A DNA stretch of 64,000 bases from Trichosphaerium sp. ATCC 40318 (taxonomy: Eukaryota > Protista > Tubulinea): positions 164,965 through 228,964 of the forward strand of contig JALMLS010000321.1 in assembly GCA_038496445.1 (NCBI GenBank). The letters are read 5' to 3'. A program made the position numbers and the translations under genes. Position 1 is the first letter of the stretch. Each line of letters opens with the position of its first letter. This document shows, in pieces, positions 1 to 13,100 of this stretch. The notes beneath the pieces are model-generated. The model saw nothing but the letters and a program-made list of their open reading frames with translations. It searched no databases and was not told the origin of the DNA.

Positions 1-449
1 TGCCCATTCTTATACCAAATAATACATTCACCATCTAGATTACCATTTTTATAGTAGTGTCTAGCCATTATAAGACCTGTAGTAGACCATAAAAAGTACT
101 CACCATTAAGCCTTCCTTCTTTGTAAGTTCTCTTACAATCTATCTTTCCATTTGGGAAAAATGACTTGCTTGTTCCTTCAAGTACACCTTCCTTGAACTC
201 ACGTTCTTCAATAAGTATTCCTTTATCATTCCAGTATCTATAGACATCGTTTATTTTGTTGTTTTTAAATCGACACTGCCTTGCAACGGTTGTTCTGTCG
301 TGCCATGACTTAAATAAACCGTGCTTATTTAAATCACAATTAAATCTTGTTGTAGTTGCTGTTTGTTTACAAAGCAAAGGCCATTTTATAAACACTTCAC
401 AATCCTCGTTAAAAATAGCATACTGGAGCTCTAGAGGTAATGACAGCAT
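1..449 (-). CDS. F-box-like N-terminus plus MORN-variant (MORN_2/YwqK-like) repeat protein; runs off the window edge
   Basis: Hand translation from ATG at 449 is open to position 1: MLSLPLELQYAIFNEDCEVFIKWPLLCK (LP.EL...IF...L.CK F-box pattern), then 24-aa repeats HGLFKSWHDRTTVARQCRFKNNKI / NDVYRYWNDKGILIEEREFKEGVL / EGTSKSFFPNGKIDCKRTYKEGRL / NGEYFLWSTTGLIMARHYYKNGNL / DGECIIWYKNG. No intron is needed. Confidence 0.8.
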   Translation of the reverse strand, partial: MLSLPLELQYAIFNEDCEVFIKWPLLCKQTATTTRFNCDLNKHGLFKSWHDRTTVARQCRFKNNKINDVYRYWNDKGILIEEREFKEGVLEGTSKSFFPNGKIDCKRTYKEGRLNGEYFLWSTTGLIMARHYYKNGNLDGECIIWYKNG

Positions 450-726
450 CTTTTATTATCACGTAGGGGATTCTAGAAATGCGTTGCGATACTGCTATTT
501 TATTTGAAAACTGAAATGCTTACTTTGATTGACTCCTTCACTTTGCTAGCACTCAGTAGTATCTAACCGTGACAAAAAGCGTAAAGTTACAGATCTACAT
601 ACAATTATACCTAACAAGATCAATATTTAGCGCGTTTGACATTAGACTTAAACAATCAATTCATTGAAAACTTGTTGGTTTTTTTGCTTGTGATTACTAG
701 TAGTTTTTTGACGTGCTGAGCGGGAC

Positions 727-3700
727 ATGCAAGAATTTAAAATCCCACTCCACTTTGAAGATCTATTTCGTAGTGGTCATGCCTATAGCGTCAATAAAGA
801 AGCAGATGTTGAAGGTTTCCCAGAAACAAAGTTACACAAACTGCTAGATGGTATAAGCTAACTAATTGAACGTTTTTAACGCGATAGCAGAGCTGGAAAC
901 AAATTTTAAACAGGCAGATGATGAACAGCCTACAGGGACCAGTATTATAGACCCAGAGACATTTGCACCAACATACTGCCTTACAATGTAACACAAATCG
1001 GTTATTGATCGATTATAACTAAACTGTCGCTAGGCGGTTTGATTCGCTCCCACCTGGCACCCAAACGCGATTTTTCAACATGTTAGAAGGTACACCAAAA
1101 TGCGATGACATGTTTCTTACTAACGGTGTAGACGTTCTGAAATCGCTTACAAATGGCGCTTCTTCAGTAGTAGAACAACCACTTCGCTTAGATGCCGCTG
1201 ATTATAGAGAAACTGTCACATTAGTTAGAAACGCTCTAAAAGCGACCGTATTTCTCCTTGCGCGTCTAATCTACAGGTACAATAAGAAAAAAAAAATGCG
1301 CGAAAAGTTTAAAACGAATTTTTTTGTAGATTTGAAGAAAGAAGCAAAACAATCAATGCATCAAGACCTGTACGCCATGAATAATTATAATCTAAACATT
1401 AAAATCATAAAGGGAGGTCAGAGAGGAAGAAAAAGAAAAAAAACAGTTACAAGCGACTCTGTATGGGATGTAGCATCTGAAAAAGAGCGTGTGATACGAT
1501 TAATGGCGAATGTATTGCGTGTTAACAACTTACAACGATTATGGAACTTGCCAAAACCCGAGGAAGAATTTCTTACAATGTTTAATAAGTCGGGTTCGTT
1601 CAAACACTTTTACAGCTTATTGTATCATGTCACGTTATTTAATTTCGTTATTGACATATTGTATAGCATTCCAGCTTCTAGAAAACACTCTAATACAAAG
1701 AATAAAGCTGTCAGAACAGAAATTTTTGGAGTGCTTGGCACTTTAGCTTCAAAGGTATTAAAAAAAAAGAAAAAAAAAAAACAGAAACTTTTAAGAAAAA
1801 ATGTCAACAACGCTTCACTGATACTTTACTTTTAGTACAAGCACGGCATACATATAGTCACTGCTAGCATGCATCTATTGAATAAAGTACGTTACATAAA
1901 ATCAAAGAACATACAGTCACTGTTCGTGGTTGTTTGTTTTTTTTTTGAATTAGATTGAAGTGTTTATTTCATTTAATAGTATGATCACGTTGCTGAACCT
2001 CTAGCTGAATTTATGGCTATACTTGTGGATCCTCCTTATGGCCAAACACAAATCATTGGAGATGTTATAAGAGAGATTAGCAAGCTGTCACCAAAGGAAC
2101 TCGTGAGGAATACAACAGCAGCCAAATCAATAGCTAATTTTCTAGTGACACTCTCACAACGTTCACCTCATCGTGTCCTCGCGTGTGTCAGGTAAAAAAT
2201 CAATATACTCATTATAATAGTGTTATTAACTCCATAAATAGCTTATTACGACGTCACCTCGAAGCTGAATCATACGTTTTAAGAAATGGTACATACAAAC
2301 TTGACATTCCTTACTTTTCTGATATTTTGTGTTTGTTAGGTGTTGTCACATCAATTGGTCACTTAATTATTAAAGCATTTAAATCAAAAGACAGCGAACA
2401 AGATGATCAGAATGATAAGGTAAGCCAGAAACGAAGCGCTAAAGCATGAAAGCACTTTTTGTTTTTTTGTTTGTTGTGTTTGACACTTCTTTTCTTCAAT
2501 AGGCTGAAAGTACAACAACACGTGATTCACTACTCCAACTTCTTCTTCAACGGTTTAGAGACGTAAACGCATACACACGCAGCCGTGTTATTCAAACTTG
2601 GGACTTTCTAGCTCAACAAAAAGCGTTACCTCTTTTCCTATACCTCAAAGTTTCAGAACAAACAACAGGAAGACTTGAAGATCGTGCAGCTCAAGTCAGA
2701 AAGAATGCGATCCATCTCATAACAAACCTTATTCGATACAACCCATACTCACCTCAAATGAACCTATCATCATTCGAGAACAAACTACAAAGCGCCCATC
2801 AGACCCTCAATCACCTCAATGCATCAGGTAGAGATGAAGCAGATATGGGACGTATTGAGGAACTTGATGATCAAAGAGAAAAGTTTGTGAAGCTTATAAA
2901 GTACTATGAAGACGCTATTGAGTTCATTCAACTTATGCATAAGGGTATTAATGTTGCTGTTGAGTTACTTGGTTCAAAGAATATGAGTGATGTTCTTGAA
3001 ACAATACAACTTTTGGTGACTGCTGATAACTTTCATGTATCTGCTGCTAAGGTTGGTATTCGAAAGTTATTGGCTCTTGTTTGGAGTAAAGAGACAAATG
3101 TTGTTGAAGCTGTTGTCAACGCTTATAAGCATCTATATTTGACACCACCAAGTAACTATGAAATAAGAATGCGTCACTTGTTTGTTGCAAAAGGCATAGC
3201 TTCCCTCACAAATGGTACAGAAAATATTTTTTCTTGTTCTATTCTTCGTCTTTTCTTCTAAATTTTCTGCTCCAGGTGCTACTTTGGGTGAACTTACTTC
3301 ACTTGAAGAGATGCTTAAGAAACTTGTATCAAATGGAGATGTTCCTAATCAAGTGATTAATACCTTATGGGAGCTATTTGGTAAGCACCATTCTCAACCA
3401 ATTTCTTTTCTCCTCTTTATTTCTTCGTTGATCTAATTCTTCCTTCTTAGCAAGTAAAACCAAGGGCAGCGAAGCCATAGAAGGTAGAGGAGCTCTTATT
3501 GCACTAGCTATGCTAGGTACGTAAAAAAAAGTACTACGCTTTGTTAAATAGTGCTTTGGAAATACTTGTAAAATAATACAAAAAAAATAGGTGCAGCGAA
3601 GCCTGGTGTTGTTAGTGGTAAACTAAATGTACTTATCCAACACGCTATGGGTCAACGTGCAAGAGAGGACCCTTATATCGCCAAATACTCATGTATAGCA

Positions 3701-6356
3701 GTGAGTCATATTGGTCATGACAAGGTACCCACTTTTGTCAAATAACTTTTTTCTTACAGTTTTTTTGCCTTTAGGTCCGATTGAGCACGTCAAACCCTCT
3801 GTTCAGTAAATTAAGTCTTATCATTGATGCGCCAAGTATGCCTCTTGATAATTGGTATCCTGGCGCTGAACAAGCTATAAATACTGTATATGCCATAGCA
3901 GATAAGCCAGGGGACGTTATAACGCAAGTTATAAAAGATATGACAGCAAGACTTTTTGATAGTAATGACAATGATGATGGTGATCAACTTGAAGATTCAA
4001 CTCCATTAGAAGCAAAAGATTCAAAGGATGTCACTCTCACAAAGATATTCTTTGTCATTGGTAAAACAGTGCTTAAGCATTTAGTCCATATAGAAGCGCT
4101 AGAGGTCGAGCTACAGCATAAAAAGTCTAATGAAGGGTAAGTTTCAGTTTTGGTTTTGGTTTTTGTTGATTGACACTGAAATGACATAGAGATGGTGACT
4201 CTGATGAAGAAGCTATAGAACGTGAATTGGGTGTTGGTTCTACAACAAGAGAATTAGAAGCAGAACAGCGACAAATGACAGCAGAGAAGGAATTAATCAA
4301 AAAAAATATTGTAGGCAAATTCTTGCCTCTTCTCATGTCAGTTGCGAAGGTACGTACTGCTCGTTTTGTCTTCCATTTCTAAAGGATATTTGTACTTATA
4401 TTTATTTTAGGATCCTTCTGGTAAATGGCAAGGATCAGTAGTTCGTAGAACAGCTGTTTTAACACTAGCTACATCCATGATTGTCTCAAAAGACTTTTGC
4501 AAAGAGAACTTGGACCTTTTGTTCGACATTCTTGAAGTACGCAACCGCCTCTCCTTGTTTTTCTTCTTAACTAATGGGAATGAACTATTAGAATGACTCA
4601 AGTACAGCACTTCGTGCCAATATCCTTATTGCATTGGGAGATATGGCAGGTCGGTTTCCAAATGTTTTGGAGCCTTATACGCCAAAGATTTTTACTAGAT
4701 TAACTGATAAAGAATCACGTGTTCGTACGTCTTTGTGATAGCAACAAACAACTAAGATTATTAAAACTTATTTTAGGAAAGAATGCTTTGATGGTAGTAA
4801 CACATTTGGTCCTAAACGACATGATCAAGGCAAGCATTTTTCAGCGTTTTTTTTCGCCTGCAAAGGGTGAATGTTTGGTTTTAGCTAACTTGTTTTAACA
4901 GTTGAAATCACAAATGACTGAGATTGCTATGTGTTTAAAAGACCCTGAAGAACGTATAGCAAACCTAGCTCGATTATTCTTTCACGAGTTATCATGCAAA
5001 GTACGCCACATGAAATTCGACAAAAATGTTGTCAACGCGTTTTCTAATTTATACCAATATTGTCGTCTAACATTAATGTCACCCATAGGGTAATGCTGTA
5101 TATAACGTACTTCCTGGAACAGTAACAGCACTATCCAATAACGAAGGAACAACAGTAGAACAATTTAAAGAGATTGTACAGTACCTGTTCGCATTCATCG
5201 AAAAAGAAGTACAAGTTGTTGGACTTGTAGAAAAACTCTGTCACAGATTCTCCCAAACAGAAGGTACTGACCCTCTAACAAAGTGATTCAACATTTAATC
5301 ACCTATTAACAGTTGTATAGATCCGGTACAATGGAGTAACATTGCATATTGTCTCACTTTAATGTCATATGGAGACAAAGCGATGAAAAAACTTTTGGAC
5401 ATGTTCAAGTATTATAAGAAAGCTCTAAGATATACATCAGTACACTCTTCATTCCAAGGGATTGTATCAAAAGCGAAAAAGTTTGTAAAATCAAGTGTTA
5501 AGGCTGGTCTTGATGAACTTGATGGACAGATTACAAGAGTCATAGAACAACATAAACAGACGAATACTTTAGTTAAGGATGTTGCTACAACAAAGGCAGA
5601 TGGAGGTACAAAGTCTGGAGGGAAGAAAACAGGAGGAAAGAGAAGAAAGAGTAAGGTTTCAAGGAGTCAAGAGTATGAAGATGTTGAGGAAGTTGGAGAC
5701 GGTTGGATATCTGATCAATCTCAGAACGATGAGTCTTCTGATTCAGAGTCTTTTGGTAGAGAAGCAAAGAGAAGACGTAAAGCCAAAGGAAAACGTGGAA
5801 AGAAACCAACTAAAAAAAAGGACAACACAAAGGTATGTCACGTGATTGGTTTTTTAAGGATTGATTCTTTTTATTTGGTTTGCTGCTGATTGCTAATTTC
5901 GTCTAGGATGAAGACATGATGGATTGTGATAGCAGTGAAGAGAGCGCTGAGGAAGACGGTCAAAGTGGAGACTCAGGCAGCTCAGATGCTGGTGGCGATG
6001 ATGAAAGCGTTGAAGAAGACTCTTTTGATGATATTCCTTGTGGACAACGTGTCAAGAGGTACAGCGATGAGTCTGAAAGTGAAAGCGAGGAAGAAGAGGA
6101 AGAAGTTGTTGTAAAAAAGAGCAAAAAGAAGTCTTCATCAAAAACCAAGAAGACGTCAAAAAACACAAAGAAAAAAGCAAGACGTGCTGTGGAGCTTGCT
6201 AGTAGCAGTGAGGATGAAGAAGAACAAGAAGATAGTGAAGAAAGCGAAGTACAAGCTAGAAAATCTAGACCGCAACCAAAGAAGGTACCTAAGAGAAGGC
6301 GACGAGTGGTGGATTCATCCAGTGATGAAGAAGATGACAGCGATTTTGATATGTAG
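727..6356 (+). CDS. NCAPD2: Condensin complex subunit 1 (CAP-D2/Cnd1/Ycs4), multi-exon
   Basis: N-terminal MQEFKIPLHFEDL; RFRDVNAYTRSRVIQTW; LLGSKNMSDVLE; RANILIALGDMAGRFPNVLEPYT; THLVLNDMIK-LKSQMTEIAMCLKDPEERIANLARLFFHELS; acidic/basic low-complexity tail. Confidence 0.93.
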
Positions 6357-6645
6357 TATTTGTACAGTGCGCTTGTAATATTTGTAGTATACTTGTTATT
6401 TGTCCATAATTTGGTTTGTTTCACTTCAATGCAGATCATCACAATGTCTTTACAAGACAACTTAAACTTATTGGTTATTTCAGTACTTTACTAACGAGAT
6501 TATTGTAGCTGAACGAGGATGCACTATTTAGTAAAATAGTGAGAAAATATCAAACAGCTGTTACAGGTTACAGACCAATACAGTAAAGCGAATGAGATGT
6601 AACTAGTCGGCCCACTTCGTATCCAAATTATAATAACTCACAACA

Positions 6646-6700
6646 CTCACCATAGCTCAGTTGGTAGAGCGGGAGACTGTAGATCTCTAGGTCACTGGTT
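6646..6700 (+). pseudogene. 3'-truncated tRNA-Tyr(GUA) copy (nt 1-55 only)
   Basis: Identical to the first 55 nt of the minus-strand tRNA, then diverges inside the T-loop (GGTT|AAGCATC instead of GGTT|CAAATCC). B-box and acceptor 3' strand are missing. Confidence 0.85.
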
Positions 6701-6887
6701 AAGCATCGCATTGTTTATAAAAATTCATTTAAAGTTTTTTTTTTTGACAAGCAATTATCTCGGCCAAAAACGCGCCTAAAGACAAACTTGTACTTTTTTC
6801 TAAACGGCAAAATACGCATGAACAGCGTGAGTATGCAAAATGAAGTGTAGAGATGCGCCATGGACAAAGAAAGCGCAAAAATGTTCG

Positions 6888-6960
6888 TCTCACCAACCGG
6901 ATTTGAACCAGTGACCTAGAGATCTACAGTCTCCCGCTCTACCAACTGAGCTATGGTGAG
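6888..6960 (-). tRNA. tRNA-Tyr(GUA), intronless
   Basis: CTCACCATAGCTCAGTTGGTAGAGCGGGAGACTGTAGATCTCTAGGTCACTGGTTCAAATCCGGTTGGTGAGA: 73 nt cloverleaf, C1:G72 and A73 (eukaryotic Tyr identity), anticodon GTA, T5 Pol III terminator at 6877-6881. Confidence 0.96.
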
Positions 6961-7160
6961 TGTTGTGAGTTATTATAATTTGGATGCGAAGTGGGCCCAG
7001 TAGTTACATCTTCTCAATTAACTTTAAAAAATGGCAAACACTTTATTGTTTACTACATTATTCATTTTAGTGCCAATTTTTTTATTTCTGCTTGGACGAT
7101 ATGTCGGTATTCTAATTTCCGCAGCTTGTTTACCTAACAGAACTTAGAAATAATAAAGTG

Positions 7161-10100
7161 TTATTCAAATGCCTGGCGCAGTATGATGAGTCTGTGATCC
7201 AATGTCGTTACACCAAAACATGACAAAACCGAGTCCTCTAGTATTTGCCAGTCGGATATGTGTAGTTTCTCTAGCATGGCTGCATACTTCTCAGCGATAT
7301 CTGCTGTAAAGCCACATGATGCAAAGAAGTGTTTCCAGCTTACTGGACCACTAAAATCATTGGACATATCATTCTCCTAGTATACAGTCAGAAGGCACAA
7401 TGCCGTCAAAAAAGCAATAGGCTACGTGCTTTGCGTTCTGGTTCAACAGTAAATTTTTTTGTGTATATCACTTCATCGACATCTATAAACATGAGTTGTG
7501 ATAATGCCAAATCTAATTTGAACCGTACTAATTATGTTCTTGGTTAAAATACGTAAGGAATAGTCGCCAGGCAGCAAATTGATTGTATGAATACCCTTAG
7601 AAAATTAGAAAAGTGCTTTAGAGTATACACATACGTGATGTCCAGTTATAGGCCATGTACCTACATTCCCTGTACCGTAGTGTTGTATATTAAAGGTATC
7701 AAAACCTTTCCGTAGTGTGCTTTCAGGGAGAAGCTCATATTCTACTTTAGTAGTTGGACCTTCGTTAGTTTTTGAACCAAGTGATATTGTTACATTAGTA
7801 ACATCCGCAGTGCCTTAAAAAAAAACAATCAATTTTTTGTGACTGAGAGATTATTCCTGAGCGTTTGGTTTGATGGCTAACGTACACAATCGACTTAATG
7901 CACTCTCAATGTATCCATACGTGAGTATCTTGCTATATTGCTGCCTTGGTTTTTGTAGATTCACGTTCGCAGTTGGTACACCAAAAAACATTTCAAAGCG
8001 TCCTGATAAGAAAAAAAAAAGATTAGATTTCACAATATGTTGGATTTGTATACCTTCTGTTGGAAGAACGCATCTAGCAATACCTTTAGTATTATGACAA
8101 AACACAGTATCTCCATTAGAGTCAGTAATAAAGAGACTATAAGGAAGTCTTCGTGTTGCGCTAGTCTTGAATTCAAGTGCAAACGGCTTTAAAGGTGATA
8201 CTGTTTCAGGCAAGTCAACAGTAATAAAATCTAGAGCACATTTAGGTTTTTTGATATTTGTTAAGAATCAATAACACAGTACCGTTTTTGTTGGTAAACT
8301 TTGGACGAAATGGTTTTGATTCAGCAACTACATCCCATACAGCTGCGAATTCTTTTCGAGAACATAAAACTGCTCTCCAATCAAAGTTTGTGTTTACAGA
8401 GAGAAACTGAACATACTCTATTTTGTCTATTCCCATTGCGCTTTCGTAGATACTATCATAGGATATAGCATGCAAATCAATAGAAAAGTTTCCTTTTGGG
8501 GAGGCGGTACACCTAACATAGTCTACACGTCTGGTTATCAACAAAAAAAAAATGTGTTGTTGAAAAAAACCAAATATCAACCCAAGTTTTGCTCACGTGT
8601 GTGGAAAAATTGAGAGGTGGATACTTCTTCTGCAGGCATTGATGCAGGTACTATTACCAATTTATTAATCCAATCGGTTCTAAGTGCAGGTATCGTCCAG
8701 TATATGCGTACTACATCATCATCATCTAAGTGAGTGAACATTAGGCGGGGAGAACTGTCAAAACATTTACTTACCATCAGTCTTTGCAGTTACAAAGTAT
8801 TCGAATAGGTAGGTATTAACAACAGGTTTCAGGGATACTTCAAGTGGTTGAAGAAGTGGTGCTAAAAACAAGAGTTAACAAACTGCTCTATCTCATGTAG
8901 AAACACTATATATTTAGTTGCGTACGTTGAGGTGGAAGGTCCCCAATCTTATTCATGATAACACGCTCTCCTGCTGCAAATTGTTGTACAGGTCCCAAAG
9001 ATAGAGGGACAATTGGAATAGGAGCTGGAACACATCTACAAGATATTAGCCAGCACACTATTTGTTAATCTTTAAGACACATGCGTACCCGCCCCAGCCA
9101 TAGACAACACCACTAGATGTAATGGCATAACTTCTCAGGAATGTAGATTGGACAGAAACTACAGGCTCTTGTATATCCACGGTAACATATGCATTGGGTT
9201 GGAACTGTTTCATGTCATAATTCTCAGTACAACAAACCTTGAAAAAAAAAAAAGAGGTACTTGACGTACTTTACTATGTTCGGTTCCTCTACCAACACTA
9301 TAGAATAAATTGTAAGCACAGTGTAGATATGTCTTTGGTGGTATGTACATACATTTTACTTAATGTTCCTAGTTGTCCGTATGTGTTGAGACCAGAAGCC
9401 AATACCCGCCCATCAGCAGTTAGGAATAAAATACATTCGGCTCCAACGGATATATCAACAATTTGTGTATCTGCTAGTATACTGACTTGGTATGCTTTCT
9501 TGCAATTGACAAGAACTACCCAAGGAGGGTGATCGCCATGCTTGTCTAAGAAATGATCGGTTTTGTACAAGTGAGCTTTTCCAAAGACTCGGCCATCTGA
9601 TGTTATGTAGAAACATAACCATGGTCCATAGCACATGCGCTCAGCACCAATATAGGCCATATCCCTTCTCTCGTAATGAACTATAACTGTATGAGAAAGG
9701 AAGGGCTATGTTGATAAGTACATAAACAGCCTTTGAATGCTATAATATCTTCTTTCTTTCCAGAGTCAAAAAAATCGTCTGGTAGCAATGTTGGGAACAA
9801 GTCAAACCCGACACCCCATTGGTAATTAGCACCCTTTCATAAAAAATTAATGAAGGGATAAGCAAGAATACTGTTGGCATACCGTAGAAGACACAGCAAA
9901 TGACCTACAATAGGAGATGTTCATATATCTAAGCAAACAAGTATCAGGTACAATTGTTATAATGCAGCTTTTGTACTTTATTCTTGTAGAAGCCAGCTTT
10001 TCAACAAGCCTTGGATGAGGACGGTCGGTCTATAAGTAGTATAAATAGAAGAAGAAAAGAATGATAGTATAGACACGTACACAATCACCATGCCCAAGTT

Positions 10101-13100
10101 GGCCATATTCATTTGTTCCCCAAGTGTATACCATCCCAGTGGCTTCATCCAATAGGGCACAATGAGATGCAGCTAATCGAATCTGTGAAACTGTCACCTT
10201 TGGCGGCAATCCAAGTTTCACAAATGAGTTGCAATCCTGTTTTGTATACGCAAACGCCCTCCCAACCGAGCCAGTCTTTTTGGATGCTAATTCTGAACCA
10301 CAAGACAATAAGCAACAGAATGATTTAAATAAACAAGATCAGTACCTAATGGTAAACTACTACCATTGCTCTCCCATAATCCATGTTTTGTATACACCAC
10401 GAGCTTACAGAACGAGTCGTGGGCATAACTCTTGTCAAAATAATTCCAAGCTCTAGTAAATTTAGTGAGCTAGATATTAGTACACTTTGATTTGTGTACG
10501 CACACAACATCATCATCGTTAAAGTATGGGTTCACTCTAGAACTAAACAAAGGAGCTGTGAAGGATCCAACAATGCTTTGGCCAATTAACTTATGGGCTA
10601 TGATTGTAATCAGGTTTAGAAGTAAAACACCTAGTTTCCTGACGTACACTTCCTTATAATGTTGATGTACTTTGCAGAATCAATGTCACGGCCTAGTACA
10701 ACAGAAAACATGTTGCTATCGGCAACAACTTGTACTGTAGTTTTACCTAAAAGAAGGTGTTTATAACTCGTACGCATATGTAATACAAGACAACATACTT
10801 GTACCATGCACTTTAAAAGTGTCAGCTAATACAATCCTATGTTCGAACTCTACTTCTCCTTCGACTGCAGATTGCTTTGGTGCTGACGCTACCACCTCAA
10901 TTGGTAACTGTGCAATAAAACTAAATAATTGTAAGCCATATTAGCAACTATTGTCTTATCTTACTCTTTGGATTGCAAGGATAAAGCAAGATCAAAATAA
11001 AGTACACCATCCTTTGACTTGACCTCATTTTCAAGAATAAAAGTTGGATGATACACCCTGGAAAATTGCGGTAAACATAGTGTTGGCAAATCCATTAAGG
11101 AATGTCTGGGCATTTCAATGATTGGAGATATATCTACAAATTGTCATCTTTTTTTCTTCAACTAAAAATAAATTGCTCATTCGTTACCATCAATGTAGTA
11201 TTCTTGACTATACAGCTCTTTGGAGATGTATGTGTCCAACAGCTACAGAAATAGAGCATTAGTACACCGTAAAATAGAACCTATGTTTCGACACCTTGGG
11301 AGTCATTGTGTGCCCACTAAAGTTCTCTAGAGTCACCAAATGTACTAAAACAGCACTTAGAATACTTTATGAAAAAAAGTCACAATGTACACGTGGAATC
11401 AAGAAGATCAAACGTCGGTTTCTTTTTGATTGCGGAGAAATCGTCTTCATTGTTGTACCACTGTACCATTTTAATGCCACTTGTAAGCACATCTTTACCC
11501 TTTAGCATGACTTTCCATGATTCTGTGACACTCCCAAGGGGAATGACACAGCCAAAGTATTCAAGTTGAAACTGTGGGGTTCCAATAGAGGAGATATCAA
11601 AATACCTATGTCAACCACTTATGATTTCAATTTACAAAATCTTAAACGTACTCCCACAGTTTAATAAATTTTGTGGCATACGCCACAGCCTCCAGTAATC
11701 TTCCTTGATGGCGCATTGCTCGCGCTAACTTTTCCAAGACCAATAAAGCAAATGGGGTACTGACTTCTAGAACGTTACTATCGCTAATAGCTCTGGATCT
11801 ATAAATACAAAAAAAGGTAAGAAACAGTTTTCGAAAAAAAGAAAGGGAAGGGGTAGTATACAAAATGTTATAAATTCGCACGATGAACGTGAGAGGCGAG
11901 CAAGCGCCCAGTAAGATGCACGCAACAACTTTTCCGCAGCAACAAACTGGTTATTTGATAGGGCTGCACAGCCTTTCATGTAATATATGTTAGCGCTAAC
12001 TGCTACTGGCACGTGCGTCTGCTTGTCTCCATACAACTCTAATACACTATATAGAAATAAGTCACAAGTGAGAATAAGGAACTAAGACTTGATTTACGTT
12101 TGCAATGTGTTCAAGGCTTCCGAGAATTTTCCTTTTTTGAAATGTTTATAAGCCACACTAGTGTAATTGCATGCAACCTGTAATTTGTTAAAATAACAGG
12201 TTGTTTCCCTCTAGGTGAGTACCTCTTTGCTCGCTTTGCCAAAGAACTTAATGAGCAATTTATGACGTGCCTCGTAGTCAACAACGCCTAACAGATATCA
12301 AACTGCGAAAAGTGTCACCAAAAACCTTAACGCTTACCCTCTGTTTCAGTCTTTAAGTTGATGAGTTCCATTATTTCTGTTGTTATTTCTGGATACAAGA
12401 AATTTTTTTGAAGTACACGCAATTCTTGAATATCATCCAAGACAAACGGAGAATCTGCTTCAAAAAAGGCATTATCTATAGTCAATCGGTCCTATTATTG
12501 TAAACAAGAGAAAGCATGGCATGATACAACTTACCAATACAGACGCTTTAAATGTGATTCCAAGCTTGTCTTGAGTTATCCTGAACAAACTAGGCAAATT
12601 CACTTTGTCTCTAAGGCTAAACCCAGTGTCCAATTCGTCTTTTGTAAGTGGCTGTCCACCATACAAACCAAATTTTACAACTACAAGTAATAACCGAATC
12701 AATGCGACCAAAGAAACATACCAATCTGTATTTTAATAAAACAACGCCAAAAAATCTGGACGCAGTTGAATTGCCGAAAATGAGATTAAAGTGATCAACA
12801 ATAAGAACACCAGCTTCTGAAGTTTGAACAGCTTGCAAACGTTTTCTAGACAAAGTGTAAATACATGGAAACATAAGATAAAATATCATGCCTCAAATAC
12901 GCTTTAGTGACACGTGCAATCATCTCTAGTAGTATCATTGATTGCAGCGCTTTCCCACTTGGAAACGTCAACTGAGGTCTGATGAACCCTAGACACCATC
13001 AGTTAGGACAAAACACGAAACAGCGCCATGCCTATGTGACGAATGTTGAATCCTTTTGCTTGCAAGTATTGTATGAATCCTCTTTGTGTAGGAAATATTG

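Larger units (their letters stand above)
6595..7011. repeat. 106-bp inverted repeat (arms 6595-6700 and 6906-7011, 205-nt spacer) containing the tRNA-Tyr 5' flank and tRNA nt 1-55
   Basis: The arms are reverse complements with 3 mismatches, all in the 5' flank. Confidence 0.93.

Noticed and set aside
5960-6460. Long antisense ORFs over low-complexity coding regions (also 25446-26133, 42490-43068, 45817-46159, 46897-47193)
   Set aside because: Shadow frames produced by repetitive codons of the real gene on the opposite strand.
6530-6890. Split, permuted or T-loop-intron tRNA for the truncated plus-strand copy
   Set aside because: The missing 3' piece CAAATCCGGTTGGTGAGA is not present on the plus strand nearby; TAGTGAGA near 6537 matches only 7 of the last 8 nt.
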